64,000 bases of DNA, taken from a virus (Duplodnaviria; Caudoviricetes). The stretch spans positions 113,604 to 177,603 of the IMG/VR virus record IMGVR_UViG_3300029288_000080. The stretch is one strand, 5' to 3'. Below the pieces are notes generated by a model. The model saw only the letters and a program-made list of their open reading frames with translations, searched no databases and had not been told where the DNA came from. Position 1 is the stretch's first letter, and the number at the start of each line of letters is the position of its first letter. Made by a program: the position numbers and the translations under genes. Positions 18,718-28,537 of the stretch are shown here, piece after piece.

Positions 18718-19164
18718 GTGGTGACGATCCGGCATTATCAGGACCACTGGGCCCTGCAGGGGCGAGAGAATACCCGCAATCTATGGGACGGGGACGTTGC
18801 CCCGGACCCGCGGCTTCCCAGGGCGGCCCAGCGTTTCTGGCGCCAGGTGCATTTTCCACCGCGGTGTAACGGTGGTGTCGTGGCTCGTGACCATAGTGAA
18901 ATCATAGGGATTTGCCGGTACGAAATCGTCAGTGACGCCCCCCGTTGTCGTGGCCAGGTGATCTTAGAGATGGCGGGCACCTGGATAGCTCGCCAATATC
19001 GTCGAGATGGTCTCGCCACCCGAATGTGGCGCTTGATTTTTCGGAAACTTCCGAAAGACACCAAAGTGCACTGCGTGGTTGCCACGTGGAGCGGCGCCCG
19101 CTTCGTGACCCGTTTAGCCCAGCAGTACCCCCATCTGCATTTTCAGGTTTCTCACGGTTATTGA
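18718..19164 (+). CDS. GNAT-family acetyltransferase
   Basis: TWIARQYRRDGLATRM acetyl-CoA-binding motif A. Confidence 0.7.
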   Translation: MVTIRHYQDHWALQGRENTRNLWDGDVAPDPRLPRAAQRFWRQVHFPPRCNGGVVARDHSEIIGICRYEIVSDAPRCRGQVILEMAGTWIARQYRRDGLATRMWRLIFRKLPKDTKVHCVVATWSGARFVTRLAQQYPHLHFQVSHGY

Positions 19165-19247
19165 CCCCTCCGCCCATTTCTCCCCACGTTAATCTTTAGT
19201 GGAATCCTAGTCCAGCCGGATCAACGGCGTGGGAAATGGTGTAGCCT

Positions 19248-20792
19248 ATGTCTATTGCGCAGTTTTCGCAATTTCGCGATTTTCTCGCGTTGGTCGTCCA
19301 GGACACTGATGTCGTGCGGAAAAATCAGGTCCTCCAGGACTCCACCTACATGGAGACCTTGCTGGCCCGGATCGAGGCCCTGACCCCCGACATTACCCTG
19401 AAGTCCACGTACGCCGACGCGATTTCTCAAATGGGCGTCGTGAAGGTTGACGATTCAGCCCGAACGATCAATTTCGTGCCCCTGGGGTTCGAGACCAAAC
19501 TGTCTCGCTACCGCGAGGGCGTCGCCACGGCCCCGAATTACCTGTGGGCCAGGACCACGACTTCTGCTGATCGGGTCCGCTACCTCTTGGCCGACTGGTC
19601 CGACACGGTCACGGGTAATGGGGTCCTGCTGCTCAACGAGCAGTTGGAAGTGTTGCGCCGATTCCCGCATTTTGGCTCCTTGCCCGCGACCCCTGATTTC
19701 CAATACGAAGAAGCTTCTTGCGCCATCACCTTTACGGTCGGGGACGCTGAATATATCGCGATTGCGTGCAACAGCCACCACATCGTCCAGATTTACGCCT
19801 GGGCGGCCCCGTACGGCCATGTCGCGACCATCGGGACCATCGACACCCCTGGGGCCAACGCCACGACCCTGACGAGTCCCACTAGCTTGGCGTTCAACTC
19901 CGCGACCTCCATGCTGTACATCGGGTGCCCCACGGGCCAGCCGGCCGGCGCAACCGCAGCCAACGGATTTGTGGCCGCGTGGGACCTGACTATTCCTGGT
20001 ACCCCGGTGTTTTCCGCGATCCCCTGGTTCTACAGCGGCACCGGTTCCCTGCTGGACTCCCAGGTCCACACGCCTACAAGTCTGTACCACGACGGTACCT
20101 ACTTGTGGATCGTCAATGGTAATGATTCGACCGTCGGGGCATTTTCCACCACGGGAAATCTCCCGCCTTGCCAACGGTTCCTTGAAGCCCAGGGACCAGG
20201 ATACCAACTGCGGTCGCCCCGACAAGTCTGGGTCCAGGCAATTTCTGGTGGCTACGGTCGCGTCTACGTGGCCAACTCGGCCACCGGGGTCATCGACGAG
20301 TTCGACGGCGTAACTTTCGAGCACCTCCACAGCTACGGGATCCGGGCCAGTGAAGATGGGCTCAATGCCTACACGCGACTGTCCCCCTATACCTATGGTG
20401 CCCTGGGGCAACCCGTGGGGGTTGCTTGGGACCAAGTGGTGATTGGCGACCAGACCACCAATGTCCTGGTCGTGGCCGATGCGGCCAACGGACGGCTTCA
20501 CCGATTTAACCTCGACGCCTACCAAACCGACAATTTCGTGAATTTCGCAGAAGTGGAGTTTGGGGTTCCTGTGGAGTTGACCGGTTGGAGTTTGGACGGA
20601 ACCGTCCCGATCAATCTCGTGAAAGTATACTACAGGACCGCCGCCACCCAACAGTTTCGTGAGTTGTCCCAGGATGCCACGACCCCAGCGGCCAAGACAT
20701 TCCAGTTCCGGGTTCAGTTCCACCTGGACACCGAACAGTTCGTCGCGGCCTGGTGGTTCAAAAATCTCACGATTTCTGGGAAACAGGTTTAA
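19248..20792 (+). CDS. virion structural protein with NHL/beta-propeller repeats
   Basis: Repeated P.SLA/P.GVA...LYVA/VVADAANGRL units; first gene of the structural block. Confidence 0.65.
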   Translation: MSIAQFSQFRDFLALVVQDTDVVRKNQVLQDSTYMETLLARIEALTPDITLKSTYADAISQMGVVKVDDSARTINFVPLGFETKLSRYREGVATAPNYLWARTTTSADRVRYLLADWSDTVTGNGVLLLNEQLEVLRRFPHFGSLPATPDFQYEEASCAITFTVGDAEYIAIACNSHHIVQIYAWAAPYGHVATIGTIDTPGANATTLTSPTSLAFNSATSMLYIGCPTGQPAGATAANGFVAAWDLTIPGTPVFSAIPWFYSGTGSLLDSQVHTPTSLYHDGTYLWIVNGNDSTVGAFSTTGNLPPCQRFLEAQGPGYQLRSPRQVWVQAISGGYGRVYVANSATGVIDEFDGVTFEHLHSYGIRASEDGLNAYTRLSPYTYGALGQPVGVAWDQVVIGDQTTNVLVVADAANGRLHRFNLDAYQTDNFVNFAEVEFGVPVELTGWSLDGTVPINLVKVYYRTAATQQFRELSQDATTPAAKTFQFRVQFHLDTEQFVAAWWFKNLTISGKQV

Positions 20793-20794
20793 AG

Positions 20795-21064
20795 ATGCTC
20801 CAGTACAAACCCCTGGCCCACCCTGACCTGGAAATCGCGGTCGTGACCACCGAAACCGATGGGGTCGTGACCGCCTTGACGATTTATTTCCGCACTTTTG
20901 TCTCCTTGGTGGACCCCGTCACCTACGCTTCAGACCTGGACCAGGAAATCATTAGTGAGGCTGGCATCGCTGAATCCGCAGTCCTGAGTGACTTCCACCT
21001 GTCCTCCCAGGAAACTCGCGGCACCCAGTACCATTATTGCGTGACCGCCGTGGTCACGGTCTAA
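20795..21064 (+). CDS. putative small structural protein
   Basis: Resembles the N-terminus of the next gene (VDP.TY...EII..AG). Confidence 0.6.
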   Translation: MLQYKPLAHPDLEIAVVTTETDGVVTALTIYFRTFVSLVDPVTYASDLDQEIISEAGIAESAVLSDFHLSSQETRGTQYHYCVTAVVTV

Positions 21065-21066
21065 CA

Positions 21067-22182
21067 ATGCCCATCACGATCACGTCGTCGGTCCAGACGG
21101 AATTACAGCAGTGGCACTGTTCGGTGGTCCTGACGGCCCAGTCGGCCATCGTGGACCCCGCTGGCTACGTTTCGGGTTCCGCCACGGTCCAGGCCGAGAT
21201 TTTGGCCAAGGCTGGGCTGGATGCTGACCTCGTCTACGTGGCCACGACCCTAACGTCGACCGCGACCATTGGCTACACCTACCAATACTACCTGACGGTG
21301 GTGTTCGGGTCGTCTGCATTGACCGGTGGCGGCCACACCCACGATTGCGACACCGTTGACTACCCGTTGCAGTGCGGCTACACCGCTGGCCCCACGGTCA
21401 ACCTGGACGCTACCCTCGGGGCCGTCATTTTCAAACGACCCACCACGCCTGACATCACGATGTTTGCCGTGCAGGCCGGGACCAATAATCTGTTTCGGGT
21501 TGGCCCTGGTACTGAAATTCGGTTCGGTGGTCACTTCGATTTTTATCCTGACGCCACCTACGACGTCGGGACCGTTGACGCTGGGGTCACGCTTCATCGG
21601 CCTCGCGACGTAAGAATCAGTCGGGACCTGTACGCGGGCGGTATTGGTCAGTTCGGCAGCTACGGAAGTTTTGGTGGTTACGTCCAGGCCACCCATGATC
21701 GTTTGGTTGCCCAGGCGGTTAACCCCACGACCGACGCGGCAGTTCGCCACCTGTACGTCAACTCGGTGGACAACTCGTTACGCTGGTGGGATGGCACTAC
21801 TGAACATATTATCGGGGTGGCGTCGGGATCTGACACAGTTGGCCTGTGGAACTGCAGTACCTTGGTGCAGGAACGCGACATCGTGTTTTGCGATGCAGCT
21901 GACCATGTTGATCGTGCATCGGCCGCGACGTTGACTGGCCGGACTGTCGTGGGGATCTGCGCGGCCAAGTTATCGTCCACGACTGCGTTGATCCGTTATT
22001 CCGGCGAAACCACCGGGTACACCGGTCTAATGCCCGGCGCCGCTTATTACGTGGGCGTTGGGGCCGGAACCATGCAGCAAGGGATCGGTGGTTTTATCGA
22101 AGGCTACACAGTGGTCCGGGTTGGCACCGCCAAGAATACCACCACACTGGTTCAATTCAATGGTGAACCCCGCGTCTACTAA
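21067..22182 (+). CDS. putative fibre/decoration protein with a C-terminal DUF2190-like domain
   Basis: Gly/Thr-rich; VVGICAAK...TGLMPGAAYYVG...VGTAKN. Confidence 0.6.
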   Translation: MPITITSSVQTELQQWHCSVVLTAQSAIVDPAGYVSGSATVQAEILAKAGLDADLVYVATTLTSTATIGYTYQYYLTVVFGSSALTGGGHTHDCDTVDYPLQCGYTAGPTVNLDATLGAVIFKRPTTPDITMFAVQAGTNNLFRVGPGTEIRFGGHFDFYPDATYDVGTVDAGVTLHRPRDVRISRDLYAGGIGQFGSYGSFGGYVQATHDRLVAQAVNPTTDAAVRHLYVNSVDNSLRWWDGTTEHIIGVASGSDTVGLWNCSTLVQERDIVFCDAADHVDRASAATLTGRTVVGICAAKLSSTTALIRYSGETTGYTGLMPGAAYYVGVGAGTMQQGIGGFIEGYTVVRVGTAKNTTTLVQFNGEPRVY

Positions 22183-22194
22183 ATAGGGATCAGC

Positions 22195-23103
22195 ATGGCA
22201 TACACGACTTACCGCAGCATTTTGATCTCTGGGGCTACCGCTACAGCCAGGTGTAGGTTGCTCGCCTGGACCCTCAAGGATAAGTTGGTCGCACAAGGCT
22301 GGGCGGTCCAGGGTTCAAGCGACGGCGTCACTGTCGTGGCTGACTATATGGACGCGGCAGACCGCTGGGTTACTGCTGTTAGCCTGAATAACTCGGCTTG
22401 GATTTGTCTGCAAAATGCCGCCGTTGAAACTGCCGAAATCGTCATCCAGGTAACTGGTGAATCTCTGTACTGCTGGCGATCTGATACAGGTGGCTATGGT
22501 GCTGGCCAGGGTGCTGGTCTTCTGACTCGTGTGGGAACTTCCGCACCTCCGGCCGATGAGCTTCAGGTCCACGGGACCAACGTGACGGCTGGTTTGGGGT
22601 ACGACCACTACACCAACATCGCGGCAGACGACACGTCATTTATTTTGTTTTCCAAGCTCGGGGTCGTAGCAGGCCAAGCTCTCGCGTGTGTCAAACTCAC
22701 AGGGTCTAAGGTTGGGGATATCAGACCTTACTGGAGTTACCTGAACTTTCTCGACGCCGCCGAAGTTTGGGACGTGGCTTCTTTGTCCACTGCCCCAGCA
22801 GGTGGTTTTCCGCGATCGTGGCATCCAGCCGGTGGTACCCAAACGTACCGCCTGACTGACCTCTATGCTGGGGGCTCGTTCATGGGGGCCATGGGGGCGG
22901 ATCCATACACCGGGAAGTTCCCCATGATCGAGACTTTAGCGGTCTGCACCGATGCGCCCTACCAGCATATCCGTGGGGTGGTGACGGGCATTTATCGCAC
23001 CTCAGGGATCCGGTCTCTGGGCGACCTGTACAACACCGGCGACTACGTGCAGATTGGCAACTATGCGGTTCCCTGGGGGTCCGTTAGCGACCCATTGGTG
23101 TAG
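22195..23103 (+). CDS. putative virion protein (paralog of 23219..24163)
   Basis: Shared motifs KVGD.RPYWSY, WHP..G, DP..G, HIRG.V.G.YR, IG.YAVPW. Confidence 0.75.
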   Translation: MAYTTYRSILISGATATARCRLLAWTLKDKLVAQGWAVQGSSDGVTVVADYMDAADRWVTAVSLNNSAWICLQNAAVETAEIVIQVTGESLYCWRSDTGGYGAGQGAGLLTRVGTSAPPADELQVHGTNVTAGLGYDHYTNIAADDTSFILFSKLGVVAGQALACVKLTGSKVGDIRPYWSYLNFLDAAEVWDVASLSTAPAGGFPRSWHPAGGTQTYRLTDLYAGGSFMGAMGADPYTGKFPMIETLAVCTDAPYQHIRGVVTGIYRTSGIRSLGDLYNTGDYVQIGNYAVPWGSVSDPLV

Positions 23104-23105
23104 CA

Positions 23106-23216
23106 ATGGCCGACTACGACACAATAGATTTGATTCCATTGGCTCCTGACGAGGATGCAGCACCTCTGTGGGATGCGGTGGATAAGTTTGACACCGGAAC
23201 CGACGAGGGCGTATAA
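23106..23216 (+). CDS. small acidic peptide (36 aa)
   Basis: MADYDTIDLIPLAPDEDAAPLWDAVDKFDTGTDEGV fills the gap exactly. Confidence 0.5.
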   Translation: MADYDTIDLIPLAPDEDAAPLWDAVDKFDTGTDEGV

Positions 23217-23218
23217 CT

Positions 23219-24163
23219 ATGGCAACTTGGGCAACTATCCGCAATACTACATTAACGGGGGCAACCGGCACCATCAGGGCCTCCAGGTTTCTGGCGTTCA
23301 TCGACGAGTATTTGGTCACGACCGCAGGTTGGACGCGAGTCGGGAGTGGAGGCGGAACAGGCAGCGGTCTTTACCAGTGGGGAGCCGCTAAGGTACTCCC
23401 GACGTTCGCGGCTTCCCCAGGTTCCATGGCGACGTTGGCCTGGGGTCTTTACCAGAATGCTTCTGGTGCCCAGGTTTTATTCCAGTGTTCCACACAGTAC
23501 TGTCATATGCAAGTAACACCCACGGGCGGTTTCGTTGTTGGTCCGTCTGCTGAGGATATCCTGCCCACCGCCCCGGCCGACATCATGGTGTTCACGACCT
23601 CCACGAGCTACACGAACATCGGGGCCAACGCAGACCAAAAATTCACGTTTGCCTACACGACAGACCACAATTCGTTTATTTTTTACGGCAAAGCACCGGG
23701 TGGTACCGATAATGTCGCCTACGCGGTCGTCAAGCTCGAAGACTACAAAGCTGGTGACCTCCAACCCTACTGGAGCTACTGCAACACGCACAGTGGGGCG
23801 GATATGTGGACCGTGACGTTTCTTTCCACCACCGTGACGGCCGACACCTGCTTGGGCTGGCATCCCACCACCGGCAAAAAACAATATGGGGTGATCAATC
23901 CTACCTGTTTGGGCGGCGGGGTTGATCTGTTTTTGAACATGCCGGTGGACCCAGTAAGCGGTAATCATCAAAAATTGGAAATGCTTTGTGCTTGCACCAT
24001 AGCCGGCAGCGTACATCTTCGTGGTAAGGTTCCCGGTCTATACCGAGTGTCCGATGCGTTGGCCACTGGGGATCGATTGAGCCTATCAGGTGGTGTGTAC
24101 GAACAAATTGTAATCGGTGACTATGCTGTACCGTGGATGTCCAGCGATTCCATGTCGTGGTAA
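23219..24163 (+). CDS. putative virion protein (paralog of 22195..23103)
   Basis: Same shared motifs as its paralog. Confidence 0.75.
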   Translation: MATWATIRNTTLTGATGTIRASRFLAFIDEYLVTTAGWTRVGSGGGTGSGLYQWGAAKVLPTFAASPGSMATLAWGLYQNASGAQVLFQCSTQYCHMQVTPTGGFVVGPSAEDILPTAPADIMVFTTSTSYTNIGANADQKFTFAYTTDHNSFIFYGKAPGGTDNVAYAVVKLEDYKAGDLQPYWSYCNTHSGADMWTVTFLSTTVTADTCLGWHPTTGKKQYGVINPTCLGGGVDLFLNMPVDPVSGNHQKLEMLCACTIAGSVHLRGKVPGLYRVSDALATGDRLSLSGGVYEQIVIGDYAVPWMSSDSMSW

Positions 24164-24184
24164 TGTAGCACCCGTGTCACCGGC

Positions 24185-25420
24185 ATGGCCGACTTTCAAT
24201 TCACCGATCTAACCTATTGGGATATCCGGAATGCTCTCCCGAGTTTTCCGGCCGAAGTTATCAGTTTCGGTTTTTACGATTATCCACTGGATCCTTTCGG
24301 TGCCGACGCCCTGGCACTCACCTTTCTGGAGGCTCAAATGGCCAATTTTCCCCCGCTGTTTCTTCGCCCGACCAATGGTTTGCCCGAACGCCTCCTGACC
24401 GCTGACGGCGGTCTACAGGTTGACGTGATTGACTGTGCCGCTGCCTCCGCGGGGGTCAAGTTGTTCGAGACGGTCACGTCGGCCGGCGGCGGCTCCGTCG
24501 AGGTGTTCAAGGCGTTTGAAGGAACCATCACGTTCGGAAAGGTCGGCGGCACCGTCAATTTCATGGGGAGTGCCCATGTCGCCACGAACTTCGAGGTCCA
24601 CGACGGTGGCACCGCCCTGCTCAAGGGCCACACGACCTTGGGGCTTTCGATCGCCGATAACTTCACGGTGGCGGCGAGCCTCTTGGGCAACCTGGTGCTC
24701 AAGGCGTCGGCCGGTCACGAGATTTCTTGCACGAGCGGGCAGATCAAGATTTACACGACCACGTCGGGTGACGTTTGGCTGTCCAGCGCCGCGGTCCTAA
24801 AACTTGACGCCGCGACCAATATTGTGGCAACCGCAACCGCTGGGTCCATGTCGTTCACGGCCAACACGACCGGTGTCGTGCGGGCCGGCGCCGCCGCCGA
24901 CTTGACCCTCGGGGCCCGCGGGGTTGACGTGACGCTCAACCAGGCCGGTCAAACCAGCCTGACCGGTTTCGCCGGGACCGTCACGTCGCTGGTCGGGGCC
25001 CTCAATGACCTCCGTGGAGACGTGGGCGATGCTACTCCTTCGGCTTTGTGCGGTGAGGCGGGTGGCATCACGCTCGGGGATGTCGTCTGCCTGAAGCACA
25101 ACGGTGCGGCCGTTAGGTTGTACAAGTGCGACAACACCGACGTAACCCTCAACAAAGCCGTCGGGGTGGCGCTCAACTCGGCGATTTTGAACGCGTCGTG
25201 TCGGTACGCCACGGGTGGCAACGCCATTATCAACTCGATCACGAACGTCCCTGCTGATCAAGAAGGCAAGTATTTGTTCCTGGCGACTGGCGGTGGTGTG
25301 GTTTTGACTGCTCCAACGACCGGCACTACCGTGGTGGTCGGGGTATTGAGCAAGTCGGGCATTGCAGGCGTGTCTGAAATGATTTTCCAGCCGATGATCC
25401 CCATGACGTCCACCCCGTAA
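24185..25420 (+). CDS. putative fibre protein; internal in-frame start likely at 24338; C-terminal DUF2190-like domain
   Basis: GGAGG RBS before ATG 24338 (MANFPPL...), matching the N-terminus of the next gene. Confidence 0.7.
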   Translation: MADFQFTDLTYWDIRNALPSFPAEVISFGFYDYPLDPFGADALALTFLEAQMANFPPLFLRPTNGLPERLLTADGGLQVDVIDCAAASAGVKLFETVTSAGGGSVEVFKAFEGTITFGKVGGTVNFMGSAHVATNFEVHDGGTALLKGHTTLGLSIADNFTVAASLLGNLVLKASAGHEISCTSGQIKIYTTTSGDVWLSSAAVLKLDAATNIVATATAGSMSFTANTTGVVRAGAAADLTLGARGVDVTLNQAGQTSLTGFAGTVTSLVGALNDLRGDVGDATPSALCGEAGGITLGDVVCLKHNGAAVRLYKCDNTDVTLNKAVGVALNSAILNASCRYATGGNAIINSITNVPADQEGKYLFLATGGGVVLTAPTTGTTVVVGVLSKSGIAGVSEMIFQPMIPMTSTP

Positions 25421-25426
25421 TCCACC

Positions 25427-26293
25427 ATGGCTAACTTCCCCCCGCTTTATTTGAACCCAACCGTTGGACTTCCTGAACGGCTTCTACCCGCGGACGGCGG
25501 CCTTGAGGCCGTGGTGATCGACGTCCCTGTTGCTGCGTCGCCCGTAGACCTATTTGCTTCGGTGACGTCACCGGGCGGGTCCGTGTCGATGTTCTCGGGG
25601 TTCGCCGGCACCATGGGGGTCGGGGCTGCCAGCAGTACCTTGGCGCTTGCTGGCGGCCTCACCGCAGTAGGGACCGGCATTTTCGGCTCTACCGTGACGA
25701 TCGGGAACACCTCGGCTACCCCCACGCTTCAATTGGGTGGCGGTGATGTTTCCAAGTACATTGACGCTGTCGGAATTGTTGGGCCAGCCGGAACACCGTC
25801 GGTTCGCTACAATGCCACGAGCCATCGCTGGCAGGGTACCGATGACGGTGTCGCCTGGGTCAATCTGATTAGCAATGGGGCTCCGTTTGCTGACGACGTG
25901 TTGTTTGGCCCCGGCCTGGTGCTCAAACGGTATTACGCTGTCGTGCCGCTTTCGCTGGTTGGCCTTGCCACCGACCTGGGAATTTCAGCCACGACGGTCT
26001 TGTTGAGCGCTGCAATCCGTGTGTCAACCGCCATCACGTTGGCGGGGGCTCCTGGTCCCCCACAGTCTCTTTCCTTGGGTGACGGTGGCCTGGCCACCAG
26101 GTACATTACCGTGACCGACGCGGTAGGGCCCGGCATCGCCCTCAATACCAAAGGCACGTTCAATTTCTTTATGGCGCCCACGACCGTGCCGAACGCGTCT
26201 AACTTGCTCCTGACCCTCGGGGCCGTCGCGACTGCCGGGGAAGTGGAAGTCGAACTCCACTATTTCGAGCAGACCACTCTTCCCGACGCCTAA
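25427..26293 (+). CDS. putative fibre protein sharing an N-terminal module with the upstream gene
   Basis: MANFPPLYLNPTVGLPERLLPADGGL vs MANFPPLFLRPTNGLPERLLTADGGL. Confidence 0.75.
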   Translation: MANFPPLYLNPTVGLPERLLPADGGLEAVVIDVPVAASPVDLFASVTSPGGSVSMFSGFAGTMGVGAASSTLALAGGLTAVGTGIFGSTVTIGNTSATPTLQLGGGDVSKYIDAVGIVGPAGTPSVRYNATSHRWQGTDDGVAWVNLISNGAPFADDVLFGPGLVLKRYYAVVPLSLVGLATDLGISATTVLLSAAIRVSTAITLAGAPGPPQSLSLGDGGLATRYITVTDAVGPGIALNTKGTFNFFMAPTTVPNASNLLLTLGAVATAGEVEVELHYFEQTTLPDA

Positions 26294-26369
26294 CATTTTT
26301 CATTTTCTGGTGTCCCAACTGTGTAAAACACAGCCATACGGTTGTAACCCAACCAAAAAGGAATCGATC

Positions 26370-27053
26370 ATGACCAAGCTCACGCTCCTCTTTTTCCTGA
26401 TTTCCGCCCCCGTGTTTGCCCAGGTGCCCACCGCACCTCCGGCCATGACACCCCCGATTGCCGCGATGACTGCTCCGGCTCCCGCGATGGCGGCAACGAC
26501 TCCGACCGCGATGGCCCCTGCTGCCATGGCGGTGCCGGTCAAGGTGAACCTGACCCCCATGGCTGCCCCGGTGGCACCCGCGGCTCCTGCCGAGCCTGTG
26601 GCGTCGGATGACCCCTCGGTCCCGAACCTCGAGACCACCGTGGCGGTTCCTGCTACCGTGGCCGACGCGACCGCCCCCGTGACCATGTCGGCGACTCCGG
26701 TGGGTGGCAACACCCCGGCGGCACCTGCCAAGACTCCGGTCAATTGGGCCGCGATCATCACGGCGATCGGGATGGTCATCACGGCAACCTTGACGCTGTT
26801 GGGTGGCTTCGGTTATCTAGCGTGGACCAAGAATGCCCGGGTCCAGCTGATCCTCAAGGCCACCAAAAAGGGCACCGAGGCATTCCTCGCGTACGCCGAG
26901 AAGTCTCCTGCTGCTTGGGACGACATCATTGCCAAGATTCTCGACAACACCAACGCGGTCCTGCTGGCGTCCGGCCAGGACCCCATGACCGACGCCGAAA
27001 AGACCACGGCCAAGACACTGGCGACCTCGTTCAAGACGGTCGCTGGAAAGTAG
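26370..27053 (+). CDS. membrane protein with signal peptide, Pro/Ala/Met-rich linker and TM (holin-like C-terminus possible)
   Basis: MTKLTLLFFLISAPVFA signal; PAMT/AMA repeats; WAAIITAIGMVITATLTLLGG TM. Confidence 0.7.
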   Translation: MTKLTLLFFLISAPVFAQVPTAPPAMTPPIAAMTAPAPAMAATTPTAMAPAAMAVPVKVNLTPMAAPVAPAAPAEPVASDDPSVPNLETTVAVPATVADATAPVTMSATPVGGNTPAAPAKTPVNWAAIITAIGMVITATLTLLGGFGYLAWTKNARVQLILKATKKGTEAFLAYAEKSPAAWDDIIAKILDNTNAVLLASGQDPMTDAEKTTAKTLATSFKTVAGK

Positions 27054-27061
27054 AAATCAAA

Positions 27062-27421
27062 ATGCCCGACACGACCGCCGCGTCACTCGACACCGGGAAA
27101 TTAGCAGAAGAAATTTCAGCTAAGATCCAAGCCGCCAAAGCACCTGCTTGGAAGACGGTATTATGGTGGACCCTGGGGATTGCGGCGGTCGTGTCGCTCA
27201 TTACCATCTTGATCTTGATGATCAAGAAAAATACCTCAGCACCTGACGCGGTCAACACCATTATGGCATTTTCCGAGGACCAGATCCGCCAGGCCGAAGC
27301 AGCCAAAAAAGTGGAGGTCGCCAAGGCCGAGGGAGTCGCCGAAACCAAAATCACAGAGATCAAGTCCATCATGGAGATTCGTGACGAAAATGAACGTCTA
27401 CGTCGCCTCATCTCACTCTAG
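27062..27421 (+). CDS. single-pass membrane coiled-coil protein (i-spanin-like)
   Basis: WWTLGIAAVVSLITILILMI TM followed by a helical domain. Confidence 0.55.
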   Translation: MPDTTAASLDTGKLAEEISAKIQAAKAPAWKTVLWWTLGIAAVVSLITILILMIKKNTSAPDAVNTIMAFSEDQIRQAEAAKKVEVAKAEGVAETKITEIKSIMEIRDENERLRRLISL

Positions 27422-27923
27422 CGTGTCATTTTTCAGCGGCGCTGCCATTGCAGCCACTATCCTGGTGGTGGCGTGGGGTTGTGGGGCACCCGCTGGCCCC
27501 AAGGTCCCGACGTACCAGGAGGCCGAAGCTCAGGCCCAGAAGGACCTGCCCCGACATGTCCCAGCCGAGACCACCCTGTTTGACGGTGGCATTGGCGACG
27601 CTGGTCTGGACATCCTGTTGCCCAAGGGCACGGCAGCTCCCTTTTCTGGTGCCCTTGTGGGGTCCAAGCGGTACGCCATCTACAAGGCGGTCCAGATTGA
27701 CCGTACCCTCCTGATCAAGAAATACCACGCGGAAGCCCTGGCGGCCCGGACCAAAGAAATCATCCTGACGGCCACGACCCAGGCACTCAAGGAAACGTCC
27801 AAGCGAAGTTGGTGGGAAAGGAATGCTTTGTGGGTCGGGATCGTCACGGGGGTCGTGTTGGGCACTGCCCTGACGGTCGGACTGGTCTACGGTATTACCG
27901 GGGGCGATGGAGTCAAGCAGTGA
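27390..27923 (+). CDS. lipoprotein with C-terminal TM (spanin-like architecture)
   Basis: Lipobox AWGC; C-terminal LWVGIVTGVVLGTALTVGLVYGI. Confidence 0.55.
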   Translation: MNVYVASSHSSVSFFSGAAIAATILVVAWGCGAPAGPKVPTYQEAEAQAQKDLPRHVPAETTLFDGGIGDAGLDILLPKGTAAPFSGALVGSKRYAIYKAVQIDRTLLIKKYHAEALAARTKEIILTATTQALKETSKRSWWERNALWVGIVTGVVLGTALTVGLVYGITGGDGVKQ

Positions 27924-28147
27924 CACGCGAATCTTTTCAGCCATTGTTGGCCAACGCGATGGGCAAATGGACTTTGTGTTGTCGAGGTCAGGGGCGCAAA
28001 TGCCCCGAAATCCTCGTGCAGGACAACATCCTGAAGATTCGCGACGACGATGGAGCGGTCGTGTCAATGTCGTTGGACCAGTTCAACGACGTCGTGGCCA
28101 CGCTGCAAGAAGCCATTCGATTTCGCGCCAAAGTCAGGGGCGTCTGA
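27920..28147 (+). CDS. small hypothetical protein
   Basis: GTG overlapping the previous stop; LCCRG..KCPEI. Confidence 0.6.
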   Translation: MTRESFQPLLANAMGKWTLCCRGQGRKCPEILVQDNILKIRDDDGAVVSMSLDQFNDVVATLQEAIRFRAKVRGV

Positions 28148-28533
28148 TGCTATTGTTCGCACTCCTCACCTATGGAATCGTGTTTCTCGTGGCCGACGCC
28201 CGGATGTTCGGCTGTGACGCGAAACTCTGGAACTCCGGTGGCAACCCCGAGCAGGATTGTCGCGACGTCGGGATCCTGAAAATCCGCCAATGGTTTCTCC
28301 GGCACGATTTCTTTTCCGAACTGCTCGGCTGCTATTTCTGCACCGGCTGCTACGCGGGCCCCGTGGCCCACTGGCTCTTAATCTATGGGCTTGGCCCCCA
28401 GTATCCCCTGTATCCCCATGGGTCGGCCGGGACCGCCGTGGTCATGACCCTGGTGGCGATGCCGCTCGGTGGTGTCGTGGCCTTCGGGATTGACTCAATC
28501 TTGTTGGCCCTGGAACCCAAGTCCAAGGATTAG
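28147..28533 (+). CDS. membrane protein with CxxC (DUF1360-like)
   Basis: ELLGCYFCTGCY flanked by TM segments. Confidence 0.6.
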   Translation: MLLFALLTYGIVFLVADARMFGCDAKLWNSGGNPEQDCRDVGILKIRQWFLRHDFFSELLGCYFCTGCYAGPVAHWLLIYGLGPQYPLYPHGSAGTAVVMTLVAMPLGGVVAFGIDSILLALEPKSKD

Positions 28534-28537
28534 TCCA

